Assembly (NCBI GenBank): GCA_964510355.1 | Contig: CAZEBI010000004.1 | Location: 1-35,024 of the forward strand | Direction of reading: 5' to 3' | DNA length: 35,024 nucleotides | Source: an uncultured Nitrospina sp. | GTDB lineage: Bacteria; Nitrospinota; Nitrospinia; Nitrospinales; VA-1 | Shown: positions 17,760 through 26,513 of the stretch, piece by piece | How positions within the stretch are numbered: position 1 is the stretch's first letter | Layout of the letters: every line of letters begins with the position of its first letter | The notes under the pieces: generated by a model | Database searches by the model: none | What the model was told of the DNA's origin: nothing | Seen by the model: the letters and a program-made list of their open reading frames with translations, nothing else | Made by a program: the position numbers and the translations under genes

Positions 17760-18704
17760 TCACTTGTCATCGAGCTCGGATTTTTTGATTCTTACTTGAA
17801 TATCTTCCAGGAGTTGCCGGTTTACAGCGATGAGTTCAGCAGAAATTCCCATCATAATAACTTGAAATCCGACAATAAGTAGAATGGCGGATAGGATCAG
17901 CGATTGGATATGCCCCTCGGTTCGCCCCTGAAAAAAGAAAAAGAGGTATCGGCAACCAATGGCGAAGCCCAGCAGAAATGTGGTGCCTCCGGCAATGCTG
18001 AAAAGCTTCAAGGGGCGATACATGGAATAGGCTTTGAGCATGGTGACCAGAGAGCGTTGCAAATATGTCTGGATGTTGGGAAACAATCTCGATTCCCGCA
18101 GTTTTTTATTGGTTCGGACCGGGATATGCTCAATAGCCAGATTCTTTTTTCCGGCGCTGATCAGGGTTTCAATGGTGTAGGTGAAGTCGGAGACGACATG
18201 CATTTGGAGCGCGGCTCCCCTGCTGTAGGCGCGAAACCCGCTGGTCGCATCGGGGATGGTTGTTCCTGATAATTGGCCCACGATCCAACTGCCAAATTTC
18301 TGTAAAAATATTTTAAGCGGTGAAAAGTGGCGAACGGTTTCGACCTGACGGTTACCGACTACGATATCGGCTCTCTTATCGAGAATAGGCTGTATGAGTT
18401 TGGCGATATCCTCACCGCAGTACTGGTTGTCTGCATCGGTATTGACGATAATATCCGCCCCCAGTTTAAGGGCATGGTTCATGCCATACATGAATGCTTT
18501 AGCCAGACCTTTATTGTTGGTGAATTTCAAAATGTGGGTGACGTTGTGTTGTTGGGCCACCTCTATTGTTTTATCAGTGCTCCCGTCATCAATGACAAGT
18601 GTTTCAATGCAGTCAATGCCATCAATTTTATCAGGCAGATCGTTGAGCGTGATGGGAAGGGTTGCCTCTTCATTCAGGCAGGGAATTTGGATGATGAGTT
18701 TCAC
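17760..18704 (-). CDS. GT2 polyprenyl-phosphate glycosyltransferase (GtrB/ArnC/DPM1-like) with two C-terminal TM helices
   Basis: 314 aa. N-terminal IQIPCLNEEATL...LVIDDGSTDKT...NKGLAKAF...NTDADNQ. The C-terminal hydrophobic helices are LFSIAGGTTFLLGFAIG and ILSAILLIVGFQVIMMGI. Confidence 0.8.
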   Translation of the reverse strand: MKLIIQIPCLNEEATLPITLNDLPDKIDGIDCIETLVIDDGSTDKTIEVAQQHNVTHILKFTNNKGLAKAFMYGMNHALKLGADIIVNTDADNQYCGEDIAKLIQPILDKRADIVVGNRQVETVRHFSPLKIFLQKFGSWIVGQLSGTTIPDATSGFRAYSRGAALQMHVVSDFTYTIETLISAGKKNLAIEHIPVRTNKKLRESRLFPNIQTYLQRSLVTMLKAYSMYRPLKLFSIAGGTTFLLGFAIGCRYLFFFFQGRTEGHIQSLILSAILLIVGFQVIMMGISAELIAVNRQLLEDIQVRIKKSELDDK

Positions 18705-18710
18705 GATGGA

Positions 18711-20441
18711 TTAAGATGAACCTTGTTTTTCGGCGACTCGCCGGTAAATGTGTACTCTTTCAGACGAGGTGGGTGAGCGAAACCGGTGTATTTGAATATC
18801 GTAAGAATTGTTGATTCGCTTAACCGGAGCGTTTAGAACAATTTTCTCGTACTGATGGGCGGAAAAAATAGTGTCGAGCTTTTTCTTTAACCCAAGAATA
18901 ATTTTGTTTGGATGGGGATTTCTCTGGTTTCCCCTTAGAACAATCCAGTCAGGCTGACTCTTGAAACCCAAGTCGGTGTCATGAATCATCTTCAGCCCTG
19001 TCAGCAGAGCCAAAGCTTCCGATTCGTTATCAATATAGCATGTTTCGCCTTTTTCCCCATGGGTTTTGAAAAACCGTACCAATTCATCCAGTGGCCCCTG
19101 ATAGCGATGGGTCAATTCCTGAGAGTAGAGATAGAATACGGAATTCAAGCTTGTTTCCCGCAAGAAGGTTCGGGTGGCATTTTCTGTGTAATTCGTCAGG
19201 GTAAATTTCCCGGGATTATTTTTGGCGACCTGTTTTAAAGGAAGAAGAGGACCCACGTGAACAAGATTGGTGGCAATCAGAACCAACAGGAGAACAGATT
19301 GCCGGACAACAGAGTTCTCAAATAAATGAAACACCACCATGGCTAGCAGAACAAATAACATGGGAATGCAGGCAACGATATATTGCATGAGCGGAATCGT
19401 GTGCAGGCAAGCCGTGATGAGGACCGACATGCAACAAAGTAGCAAGAGCGAAACTTGAAACCGTTGGCGCCGCAAAAATGAAATAAATAAAAATGGCGCA
19501 AGAATAAAAGGGAAAATATAATTGTTGAGCTGGAATAAGAATGCAGCGAAATGCTGGGGAAAACGCCACCAGGATGTATCGATCAATGGGCTGGCGGAAA
19601 TATAAAACTCGGATACTTTGCTCATCAACGCAGGAAGGGTGACCAGCCACGGAAGACAGAACAGGCCTGTAATAATTGCCGACCCCTTTACTTTGCCCAG
19701 GTTGCCGCTGGGGACACGGCCCCTGTAAATACACAGGTGGATCAGCATCCCCATGATCACTCCGGCAAACTCAACATACATGGTGTGAAAATAAATGATC
19801 GACACCACTGTGAGGGGGAGGGGGTTCCATTTTTCTTTATCAAAAATGGTGATATAAAATCTCAGTAAAAGCGGGGTCAGTAGTATGGGAACGGCAACGT
19901 AGCGCGCAGTGCGAAAATAGAGCAGAGCGGGAACGCAGGTTGTAAGTAACAGGCACGCGAAAAAAGCGATTGTTTTCCGGTTGGTCCATCGTAAAGTGAA
20001 ACTATAAAGGCTCCAAATCGAGAAAACCCCCAGAATCGCAAAGGGAAGCCGGGCCGCAAAGGTGTTCTGCCCAAATAACTGGAGTGAAACAGATTGCAGA
20101 TAATAAGAAACCCAGGGCCGATACAAAAAGATGCCGCCAAAAACATCTCCCTCCGGCATGGTGTAATGGGTGCCATCGGAATGTTTTGGATAGCCATATT
20201 TAAGGATTGTGGTGGATATAAAAGTGTCAGCACCTTCATCCGTCTGCAACACCGTGTCATCCAACCCTGTGAAAATCAGCAGGAATGAAAAAGGCAGGAG
20301 AAAAACCAAGGCTAAATGGGTTTTTAGAAAATTTTGGATGGGCACCACTTTAGCAAACTGTTGAAGGTATCCGATCGGACCTGCTTTATTATACTCAAGC
20401 GGGTGGCCTGCTGGATATAAAAGTGGTGATTGATCTTTCAT
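18711..20441 (-). CDS. GT-C fold membrane glycosyltransferase (ArnT/PMT_2-like)
   Basis: 576 aa, with >=10 hydrophobic helices by eye. The loop after TM1 reads GLDDTVLQTDEGADTFISTTILKYGYP, a DE-type acidic motif. A ~170-aa soluble C-terminal domain follows. The stop lies 6 nt upstream of the GT2 start. Confidence 0.65.
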   Translation of the reverse strand: MKDQSPLLYPAGHPLEYNKAGPIGYLQQFAKVVPIQNFLKTHLALVFLLPFSFLLIFTGLDDTVLQTDEGADTFISTTILKYGYPKHSDGTHYTMPEGDVFGGIFLYRPWVSYYLQSVSLQLFGQNTFAARLPFAILGVFSIWSLYSFTLRWTNRKTIAFFACLLLTTCVPALLYFRTARYVAVPILLTPLLLRFYITIFDKEKWNPLPLTVVSIIYFHTMYVEFAGVIMGMLIHLCIYRGRVPSGNLGKVKGSAIITGLFCLPWLVTLPALMSKVSEFYISASPLIDTSWWRFPQHFAAFLFQLNNYIFPFILAPFLFISFLRRQRFQVSLLLLCCMSVLITACLHTIPLMQYIVACIPMLFVLLAMVVFHLFENSVVRQSVLLLVLIATNLVHVGPLLPLKQVAKNNPGKFTLTNYTENATRTFLRETSLNSVFYLYSQELTHRYQGPLDELVRFFKTHGEKGETCYIDNESEALALLTGLKMIHDTDLGFKSQPDWIVLRGNQRNPHPNKIILGLKKKLDTIFSAHQYEKIVLNAPVKRINNSYDIQIHRFRSPTSSERVHIYRRVAEKQGSS

Positions 20442-20595
20442 GGTCGGCAGATAATGCGGTTAATTCCGAGTGACCCCTATGGTATGATCGCCTATTAGGA
20501 TTTATCGGCATTTGAGAATTTGATATTAGCCTTAAATTCCACAAACGGGTTTTATTCTTCTGCTCGGCGGTGGGCTCGTTCATTCGGGTTGTAAA

Positions 20596-21312
20596 ATGAA
20601 AAGTCCTGACATTTCAGTGGTTGTTTTGGCCTATCGCAGTGCATCCACGATTGAAGGGTTTGTGGCCTCTCTGGTGGCTTCTTTGGACGAGGAGAAGATA
20701 GAATGGGAGGTCATTCTTGTGGGTAATTATTTTGAGGGAGAGGGCGATCAGACGCCGGAGGTGGTTCAAAGGATTTCAGACGGCAATTCGCGCATAAAAG
20801 CGGTGATTAAAGTTAAAGAAGGAATGATGGGGTGGGATATGAAATCCGGCCTTCAGGCCGCAACAGGAAATAAACTGGCGGTCATTGACGGAGATGGGCA
20901 GATGCCGTGCACGGATGTGATGCGTGTTTATAATCTCATGGTTGAAAAGGGCTACGACCTGGTGAAAACGGTTCGTGTTAAAAGGAGTGATGGTTTTTAC
21001 CGTATGTTTATATCCGCCGTTTATAATTTGTTATTTAAAATAATGTTTCCAGGAATCAATGCCCGGGATATGAATTCCAAGCCCAAAATATTAACGCGGG
21101 AACTGTATCAGAGGATGAACCTGGAGTCTGACGGTTGGTTTGTTGATGCTGAAATTATGATAAGAGCCCGGCACCTGAAAATAGGAATCGGAGAAATAGA
21201 AACTACTTTTCACAGTATTGATACGCGCCCTTCTTTTGTAAAACCTCTCGCTATTCTGGAATTTTTAGCCAACCTGATCTGGTACCGCATTAAAGAATTT
21301 GGCGTAAAATAA
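20596..21312 (+). CDS. Family-2 glycosyltransferase
   Basis: 238 aa. ISVVVLAYRSASTIEGF...EVILVGN...VIDGDGQMP gives a DxD-type motif. Confidence 0.7.
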   Translation: MKSPDISVVVLAYRSASTIEGFVASLVASLDEEKIEWEVILVGNYFEGEGDQTPEVVQRISDGNSRIKAVIKVKEGMMGWDMKSGLQAATGNKLAVIDGDGQMPCTDVMRVYNLMVEKGYDLVKTVRVKRSDGFYRMFISAVYNLLFKIMFPGINARDMNSKPKILTRELYQRMNLESDGWFVDAEIMIRARHLKIGIGEIETTFHSIDTRPSFVKPLAILEFLANLIWYRIKEFGVK

Positions 21313-21358
21313 TTTCACGGGCATCTCCGCCTTAGAAGAAATCACCGAATACATAGAG

Positions 21359-22258
21359 ATGGAAATGCCGAAACTTCTGATCACAGGTGCATCGAGCGTT
21401 TTGGCTGCCGGACTGGTGGCCTTGTTACGCGAAAGAGGGGAGTTTTCCTTCCGCCTTCTGGTACATCGCGCGCCGGTCACCACGGAATCGTGTGAAACCG
21501 TTTTTGGGGATTTGAATGACCCTGAATCTTTGGACCGGGCATGTCAGGGCATGGATACGGTCGTACATTTGGCGGCACTGACACATTCTTGTGACACGGC
21601 CAAATATTTTCGGGTGAATAGGGAGGGCACCCGAAACCTGATCAATGCCTGTAAGAAAAATGCGGTGCAAAGATTTGTTTTTATCAGTTCTGCTGCCGCC
21701 AGCCGGGACGGCGGAGCCTATGCTTTGAGTAAACTGGAGTCGGAGGAACTGGTTTGCGAGTCGGGCTTGCAATGGATTATTTTAAGACCTTCGGAAGTTT
21801 ACGGGCCGCAAATGAAAGAAGGCATCGGAAAACTGATTGCGTGGGTCAGGAATTTAAAAATCATTCCTGTCATCGGAGAGGGTTCTTATTGCTTGAGTCC
21901 TGTTTATATTGATGATGTGGTAGAAGCCATGGCACGGGTAGTGCTGAAGCCTAGTCTGAAAAATCGGAAATTAAATTTATGCGGTCCGGAAGTGATTCCC
22001 TTTAAAGAAATAATAAATCGATTGTCACGATACCTGCAAGTTCGTAGGTATAAGATATTTATTCCTGTCTGGATAGCACGGTTGGGAATAGCACTGGCCT
22101 CCTCATTGAAACCGGGTTCTTTTTCGCCGGACCAAATTCCCCGTTTATTATGCAGCAAGCAACTGGATATCACCGAGGCTTCAACATTGATTTCTTATTG
22201 TCCCAGAAAATTGGAAGAGGGTTTGGCGGCGTATCATTCCGACTATAAGGAATTATAG
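21359..22258 (+). CDS. NAD-dependent epimerase/dehydratase (extended SDR)
   Basis: 299 aa. N-terminal LLITGASSVLAAGL Rossmann turn and catalytic YALSKLESE (YxxxK). The 3' end overlaps the convergent GT4 3' end by 16 nt. Confidence 0.7.
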   Translation: MEMPKLLITGASSVLAAGLVALLRERGEFSFRLLVHRAPVTTESCETVFGDLNDPESLDRACQGMDTVVHLAALTHSCDTAKYFRVNREGTRNLINACKKNAVQRFVFISSAAASRDGGAYALSKLESEELVCESGLQWIILRPSEVYGPQMKEGIGKLIAWVRNLKIIPVIGEGSYCLSPVYIDDVVEAMARVVLKPSLKNRKLNLCGPEVIPFKEIINRLSRYLQVRRYKIFIPVWIARLGIALASSLKPGSFSPDQIPRLLCSKQLDITEASTLISYCPRKLEEGLAAYHSDYKEL

Positions 22259-23372
22259 AGGCGGGTATACTGGTCCATGATGTTTTCCCAGTCAAATTTT
22301 TCTCGGATAAGATTTTTGATCTGATCTCCCATTTGTTTTCTAAGCTTGTTGTCCTGCAATAACTCGATGCGATCACTCATTGCTTCCGGGTTATCCTCTG
22401 TCAAATAACCGGTTTCTCCTTCGATAATGATATCTCGGGCTACACCCACCGCCGTGGCAATGATTGGCAGGCCGTGCGCCCCGGCCTCAATGAGTGGTTG
22501 TCCAAAATTTTCGTATTGGGATGGGTAGACGAATAGGTCCGCCATTTTGTAATACTCTTTCAGTTCTGCTTGCGATTTTCTTCCGGCAAACGTCACCTTG
22601 TTGTTCAGGTTGAGGCTCTGCGTGAGTTGTTTTAGTTCTTGCAAGTAGCCGGAACGCGTGACACTGCTGGTTTTTTCTTCGCCGCCAGCGATGGTTAAGT
22701 GAAAGGGGAGGGTCAATTGTGCAACCGCCTGCAATAGCAGTTCAAGGTGCCGCACCCGCGCGATTCGACCGACAAATAGCAGTTGCAGGGTGTCGCTGGA
22801 GGTTTTTTCATCAAGGGTGTCGTTTACCTTGACACCCATAGGGATGATATGAATTTTGTCTTTCGCAATTCCAAACTCCAAAGCGTCTTCATATTCAAAT
22901 TTTGAGGAAACGATGATGGCCTGGGCTCTTTTTGCCGAAGTTTTTAAAGTCATCCAGTCGTAAGCGTGATAGGGAATCCGCTGGAAAAAGGAAGGCAGAT
23001 AGTTTTTAAAGCCGAGAAGGGAGCCGTGGGTATTTAAGATGAAAGGTTTATCTTTCAAGAGCGCAAAAAAAAACCGCTGTCGGTTTGAAAGTTTCGATAA
23101 TTGTGGCTGTGTAAGATATCAAAATTTTTAAAATAAGAAAGCATTCCTGCGCTCACGCAGTAGCGCATGATTTTAAACTGGTGGGGAAACCTGAACACGG
23201 ATACGCGCTCATATTTTTCATGGTGAGCGAGATCAGGATCAACATCGGAGTAGGTGGTGTAAACCGGGGAGTGAATGCCTCTTTCTTCCAAGCGGTTGGA
23301 GATTTGAAAAGCCTGATTGGTTGGGCCGCAAATATAGGGTAAAAAAGTTTCTATGGTGCGTAAGATTTTCAA
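22243..23372 (-). pseudogene. GT4 (GT-B fold) glycosyltransferase interrupted by a single-base frameshift in a T9 tract
   Basis: The N-domain (LKILRTIETFLPYICGPTNQAFQISNRLEERG...ILHSHNYRNFQTDSGFFLRS*) and the C-domain ((L)KDKPFILNTHGS...FVYPSQYENFGQPLIEAGAHGLPIIAT...EGETGYL) lie in adjacent frames. The junction is A9 on the plus strand at 23065..23073. One extra T on the coding strand would give ...TDSGFFFALLKDKPFILNTHG... and a ~376-aa protein. The proposed TTG start at 23372 overlaps the upstream stop (TTGA). Confidence 0.7.
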
Positions 23373-23755
23373 GTCTGCGTGCCGGTTTGCCAGGGAGGCT
23401 GGTGAATTTTTTCTTCCAGTACTTTCTTTTCGTGATCCAATATCCCGACATGCTGTGTCAGGATACGCACTTGTTGAGTCAAGGCGGAAATGCGGATAGA
23501 AAAATGCAGACAAATGACCATGAGGAACAAGAGCCCGAAAAAGAATAATGTGGAAGTGACTAAAGTGGCCCCCACCAACCCCGAAACCCATTGTAAGGTA
23601 CTTCCTGAAACCGAAAGCACAAGCATCAAAGTTCCGGTGATCAGCCAGCCCATTGAGTATTCCTCGCTCAAATGCTTTCTTCGGACCAACTCAAAAACAT
23701 ATGCGACCAGAAATACGCATATCAAAATGGAGATTATTTGAATTCGAGTGGGCAT
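23369..23755 (-). CDS. Small membrane protein, DUF2304-like
   Basis: 128 aa with 3-4 TM helices. ELVRRKHLSEEYSMGWL after TM1 resembles the DUF2304 family as I recall it. That family is usually found next to a GT2 gene, as here. Confidence 0.55.
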   Translation of the reverse strand: MPTRIQIISILICVFLVAYVFELVRRKHLSEEYSMGWLITGTLMLVLSVSGSTLQWVSGLVGATLVTSTLFFFGLLFLMVICLHFSIRISALTQQVRILTQHVGILDHEKKVLEEKIHQPPWQTGTQT

Positions 23756-23758
23756 GGC

Positions 23759-24571
23759 TTATCTCGATTTTCTTAAAAGGGTTACAAAAATTGAAAGGAA
23801 CATTTTAAAAACATAATAAATTGTTTTGTGCCCGTGATGCATGGATTCTTTATTTGGGCTGGCGTGCATGGTCACCGGAATCTCTTTGACGTTGAACCCG
23901 CAGCGGTTCAACAAAATGATGAAGTCCGCATCCGGGTAGTCCGGGGGGTAGTTGTCGCTTGCGGCAAACTCAATGGCTCGTCCCTTCAACGCTTGAAACC
24001 CTGAAGTGGGGTCGGTCACTTTTTGTCTGCAAATGAGAGAAGCGATAGTGCCAAACAATAACATCCCCGCATGGCGTGCCAGGGATGTTTTATAAGAGTC
24101 CGGGCTTAAAAAACGCGAGCCGATCACCACATCGCGATTTTCTTTTTGAACTTCTTTGAGCAGGTCTTTAATATTTTCAGGGTCATGCTGACCATCGGAA
24201 TCCATTTGTACCACGATGGAAAAATTATTTTTTACGGCATATAAAAATCCCGTTTGCAGTGCAACGCCATAACCTGAATTGTAAGGCAAGGAAATAACTT
24301 TGGCATTGTGTGCCAGGGCTACTTTTTCTGTGTTGTCTGCAGAACCATCATTGATCACCAGTATGGGAATTCCTGGTGACTGTTTTCGGATGCCATCGAG
24401 AACCGCGCCTATATTTTTTTCTTCATTATAGGCTGGAATGATGATCAGGATTTTAGGTTGTTTGGTCAAGGGTTCCTGAGACGAAAAAATTTCTGTCGTA
24501 TCATCCTCCTGGATAACCGCCAAGGCTTCGGGTGCCTGGGATTTGAAAGTTTTATAACTGAGGGTTTCCAT
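23759..24571 (-). CDS. Family-2 glycosyltransferase
   Basis: 270 aa. ILIIIPAYNEEKNIGAVL...LVINDGSADNT...QMDSDGQHDP. Confidence 0.8.
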   Translation of the reverse strand: METLSYKTFKSQAPEALAVIQEDDTTEIFSSQEPLTKQPKILIIIPAYNEEKNIGAVLDGIRKQSPGIPILVINDGSADNTEKVALAHNAKVISLPYNSGYGVALQTGFLYAVKNNFSIVVQMDSDGQHDPENIKDLLKEVQKENRDVVIGSRFLSPDSYKTSLARHAGMLLFGTIASLICRQKVTDPTSGFQALKGRAIEFAASDNYPPDYPDADFIILLNRCGFNVKEIPVTMHASPNKESMHHGHKTIYYVFKMFLSIFVTLLRKSR

Positions 24572-24848
24572 TCACCGGGAATCTTTCAAACAGGCACGCA
24601 ATGAAAATCATCTTTGAGCCAGCCAGAGAAAGGCCTTCGGGATCTTTTGTATCTATTATACAAAATTAACTCGAACCAGGGCTGGACCATTTATTAATGG
24701 CGCTCATAAGTTATAAAACGGTTGTTAGGGAAATAAACTTGACCCCATAATCTACGCATATTTTATACGAAATGTAACCCATTGTAAATAATAGGGTTGG
24801 GAGATTTCAAGGGCCTGGGGTTGTTTGAAAGCTCAGGGGCGGAGGATT

Positions 24849-25193
24849 CTACCGGTTTAACAGTTTGCAGGAGTCACGAATGCGTGCTGAAAGTATCCGT
24901 AAGAGAGGAATCAGGGCTTCAGGGTGGGTTCTTTCCATGGAATCAAAACACTCCTGAGTGATGAGGGAGACTTTGCCTTTTTCCAGGGCGGTGACGGTTG
25001 CAGACCGGGGTTGCCCGTCTATAATTCCCATTTCCCCGAAAATATCCTTTTCCTTGAGGATAGCCAGAACCTGTTTTTGTCCGTCACATATTCTGAACAC
25101 TTCAAATTTTCCTTCTTCAACGAGATAAGCGCAGTCACTGGAGCTGCCTGCCTCGAACACCACTTCTCCAGGCTCAAAGCATTGAGTTTTCAT
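24849..25193 (-). CDS. Stand-alone cyclic-nucleotide-binding (CNB) domain protein D
   Basis: 114 aa. GEVVFEAGSSSDCAYLVEEGKFEV...IFGEMGIIDGQPRSATVTA has an intact phosphate-binding cassette. No other domain is present. A GGAG SD lies within the upstream gene's 3' end. Confidence 0.85.
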   Translation of the reverse strand: MKTQCFEPGEVVFEAGSSSDCAYLVEEGKFEVFRICDGQKQVLAILKEKDIFGEMGIIDGQPRSATVTALEKGKVSLITQECFDSMERTHPEALIPLLRILSARIRDSCKLLNR

Positions 25194-25197
25194 AGCC

Positions 25198-25617
25198 CTA
25201 TTCTCCTTTTTTGTTGTAATAGTCCGATACGGTGGTTTTGCTTGTCGTGTTGTTTTTCGGTTTTGTCCTGTTCAATTTGGTTATCGTGGTTCGCAGTTTT
25301 TCTGTCAGCGATTTGATCAGGCTGACCATGAAATGCGGATTAAATTTTGTCAGATAATTGAACCGGGATATTTCAATGATCGTGCATCGAGTATTTTCCA
25401 GAGCAATAGCTGTTGCGGACCGGGGATATTTGTCGATCAGGCCCATTTCCCCGAACAGGTCATTTTTGCCCAGTTTGCGGATGAGGGATCGGTTGCCCCG
25501 GGAATCTTCCCCGTATATCCCGACGTTTCCAGACTCGATGATGTAGGCGCAATCACTGGACTGGCCTACCAGAAAGATGATTTCATCTTTATAAAAAGTT
25601 GTGAAATTGTGATCCAT
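25198..25617 (-). CDS. Stand-alone cyclic-nucleotide-binding domain protein C
   Basis: 139 aa. DEIIFLVGQSSDCAYIIESGNV...LFGEMGLIDKYPRSATAIA, with a polar K/T/N-rich tail. Confidence 0.85.
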   Translation of the reverse strand: MDHNFTTFYKDEIIFLVGQSSDCAYIIESGNVGIYGEDSRGNRSLIRKLGKNDLFGEMGLIDKYPRSATAIALENTRCTIIEISRFNYLTKFNPHFMVSLIKSLTEKLRTTITKLNRTKPKNNTTSKTTVSDYYNKKGE

Positions 25618-25623
25618 GATGAC

Positions 25624-26034
25624 CTAACCTTTCCCCGTAGGTATTACCAGAGTGTCGCTACGCTTTGTTTTTGCACCGCTCAACCTGTCCTCCAATAGTT
25701 CTGTGGTTTGGCGCAATCGTTGCGACAAAACCCCTAGAAGAGGACTCAGTGTCAAAGGTTCGTTCGTAATCAAATAATGCAGTGTCTTTGAAGTGATGAT
25801 CGATAACTGGCAGTCCTCAAGAGCAAATGCTGTGGCGGTGCGAACTTCCTCATCAATCAGGGCCATCTCTCCGAAAATGGCATCTTTATGCAATATGGCC
25901 AAAACCTTGTGTTTTCCACGAACATCCCTTCCCGATATGATCGCGATCTTGCCCTCGTCAATCATGTAGGCGCAATCGCCCGGACTGCCTTCGGTGAAGA
26001 TCAAATCATATTTTTTGTAATGAACCTTTTTCAT
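25624..26034 (-). CDS. Stand-alone cyclic-nucleotide-binding domain protein B
   Basis: 136 aa. DLIFTEGSPGDCAYMIDEGKI...IFGEMALIDEEVRTATAFA. Confidence 0.85.
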   Translation of the reverse strand: MKKVHYKKYDLIFTEGSPGDCAYMIDEGKIAIISGRDVRGKHKVLAILHKDAIFGEMALIDEEVRTATAFALEDCQLSIITSKTLHYLITNEPLTLSPLLGVLSQRLRQTTELLEDRLSGAKTKRSDTLVIPTGKG

Positions 26035-26126
26035 GGAAACTCACCCGCCTTTCCGTTATGTAATAAGTTTGCTTCCTATGCAAAATCTTTGTGGCAACTC
26101 GCAGACCTTATAAATAGAGATGCCTT

Positions 26127-26513
26127 TTAAAGGGTTTGACGTCTGCCTGCTCCCGGAAGTTTGTATCCCTGCTTTAGACATTGCATCGTTTCTCGCAACC
26201 TGCCGATCAGAATCTTCAGGATAGGCAACAGCGCTTCCGGGTTTTCCTGAACCATGTTGTCAAAGGTTTTAGGGGTCAAGATATAAACCACCGAATCTTC
26301 CCGGGCTCGTGCTGTGGCAGAGCGCGGCAGACCGTCAATCAGGCCCATTTCCCCAAAAATTTCGTTTTCGCCCAGAACTCCCAGCACTTTTTGTCCTTCG
26401 GCGGTATTTTCAAGGATTTCTATGGAACCATGGCCGACTATATAAGCGTCCTCGCTGGGGTTGCCTTCATGGAAAATGACATCTCCCTTTTTCAAATCTT
26501 TTCTTAGATTCAT
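26127..26513 (-). CDS. Stand-alone cyclic-nucleotide-binding domain protein A
   Basis: 128 aa. DVIFHEGNPSEDAYIVGHGSIEI...IFGEMGLIDGLPRSATARA. A strong SD, AAAGGGGGGAG, lies just upstream of the ATG. Confidence 0.85.
   Translation of the reverse strand: MNLRKDLKKGDVIFHEGNPSEDAYIVGHGSIEILENTAEGQKVLGVLGENEIFGEMGLIDGLPRSATARAREDSVVYILTPKTFDNMVQENPEALLPILKILIGRLRETMQCLKQGYKLPGAGRRQTL

Noticed and set aside
23373-23591. N-terminal part of ORF 23055..23591 (MGFGVGGGHFSHF…)
   Set aside because: It overlaps the DUF2304-like gene in another frame and has no GT4 similarity. GT4 homology begins at LKILRTIETF, consistent with a TTG start at 23372.
24572-24848. Promoter or operator in the 277-bp spacer (TTGTAT-ctatt-ATACAA palindrome at about 24647..24663, TATAAT on the minus strand)
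   Set aside because: No convincing -35 element lies at proper spacing, and I found no clear terminator hairpin for the CNB operon either. It is too weak to call from sequence alone.
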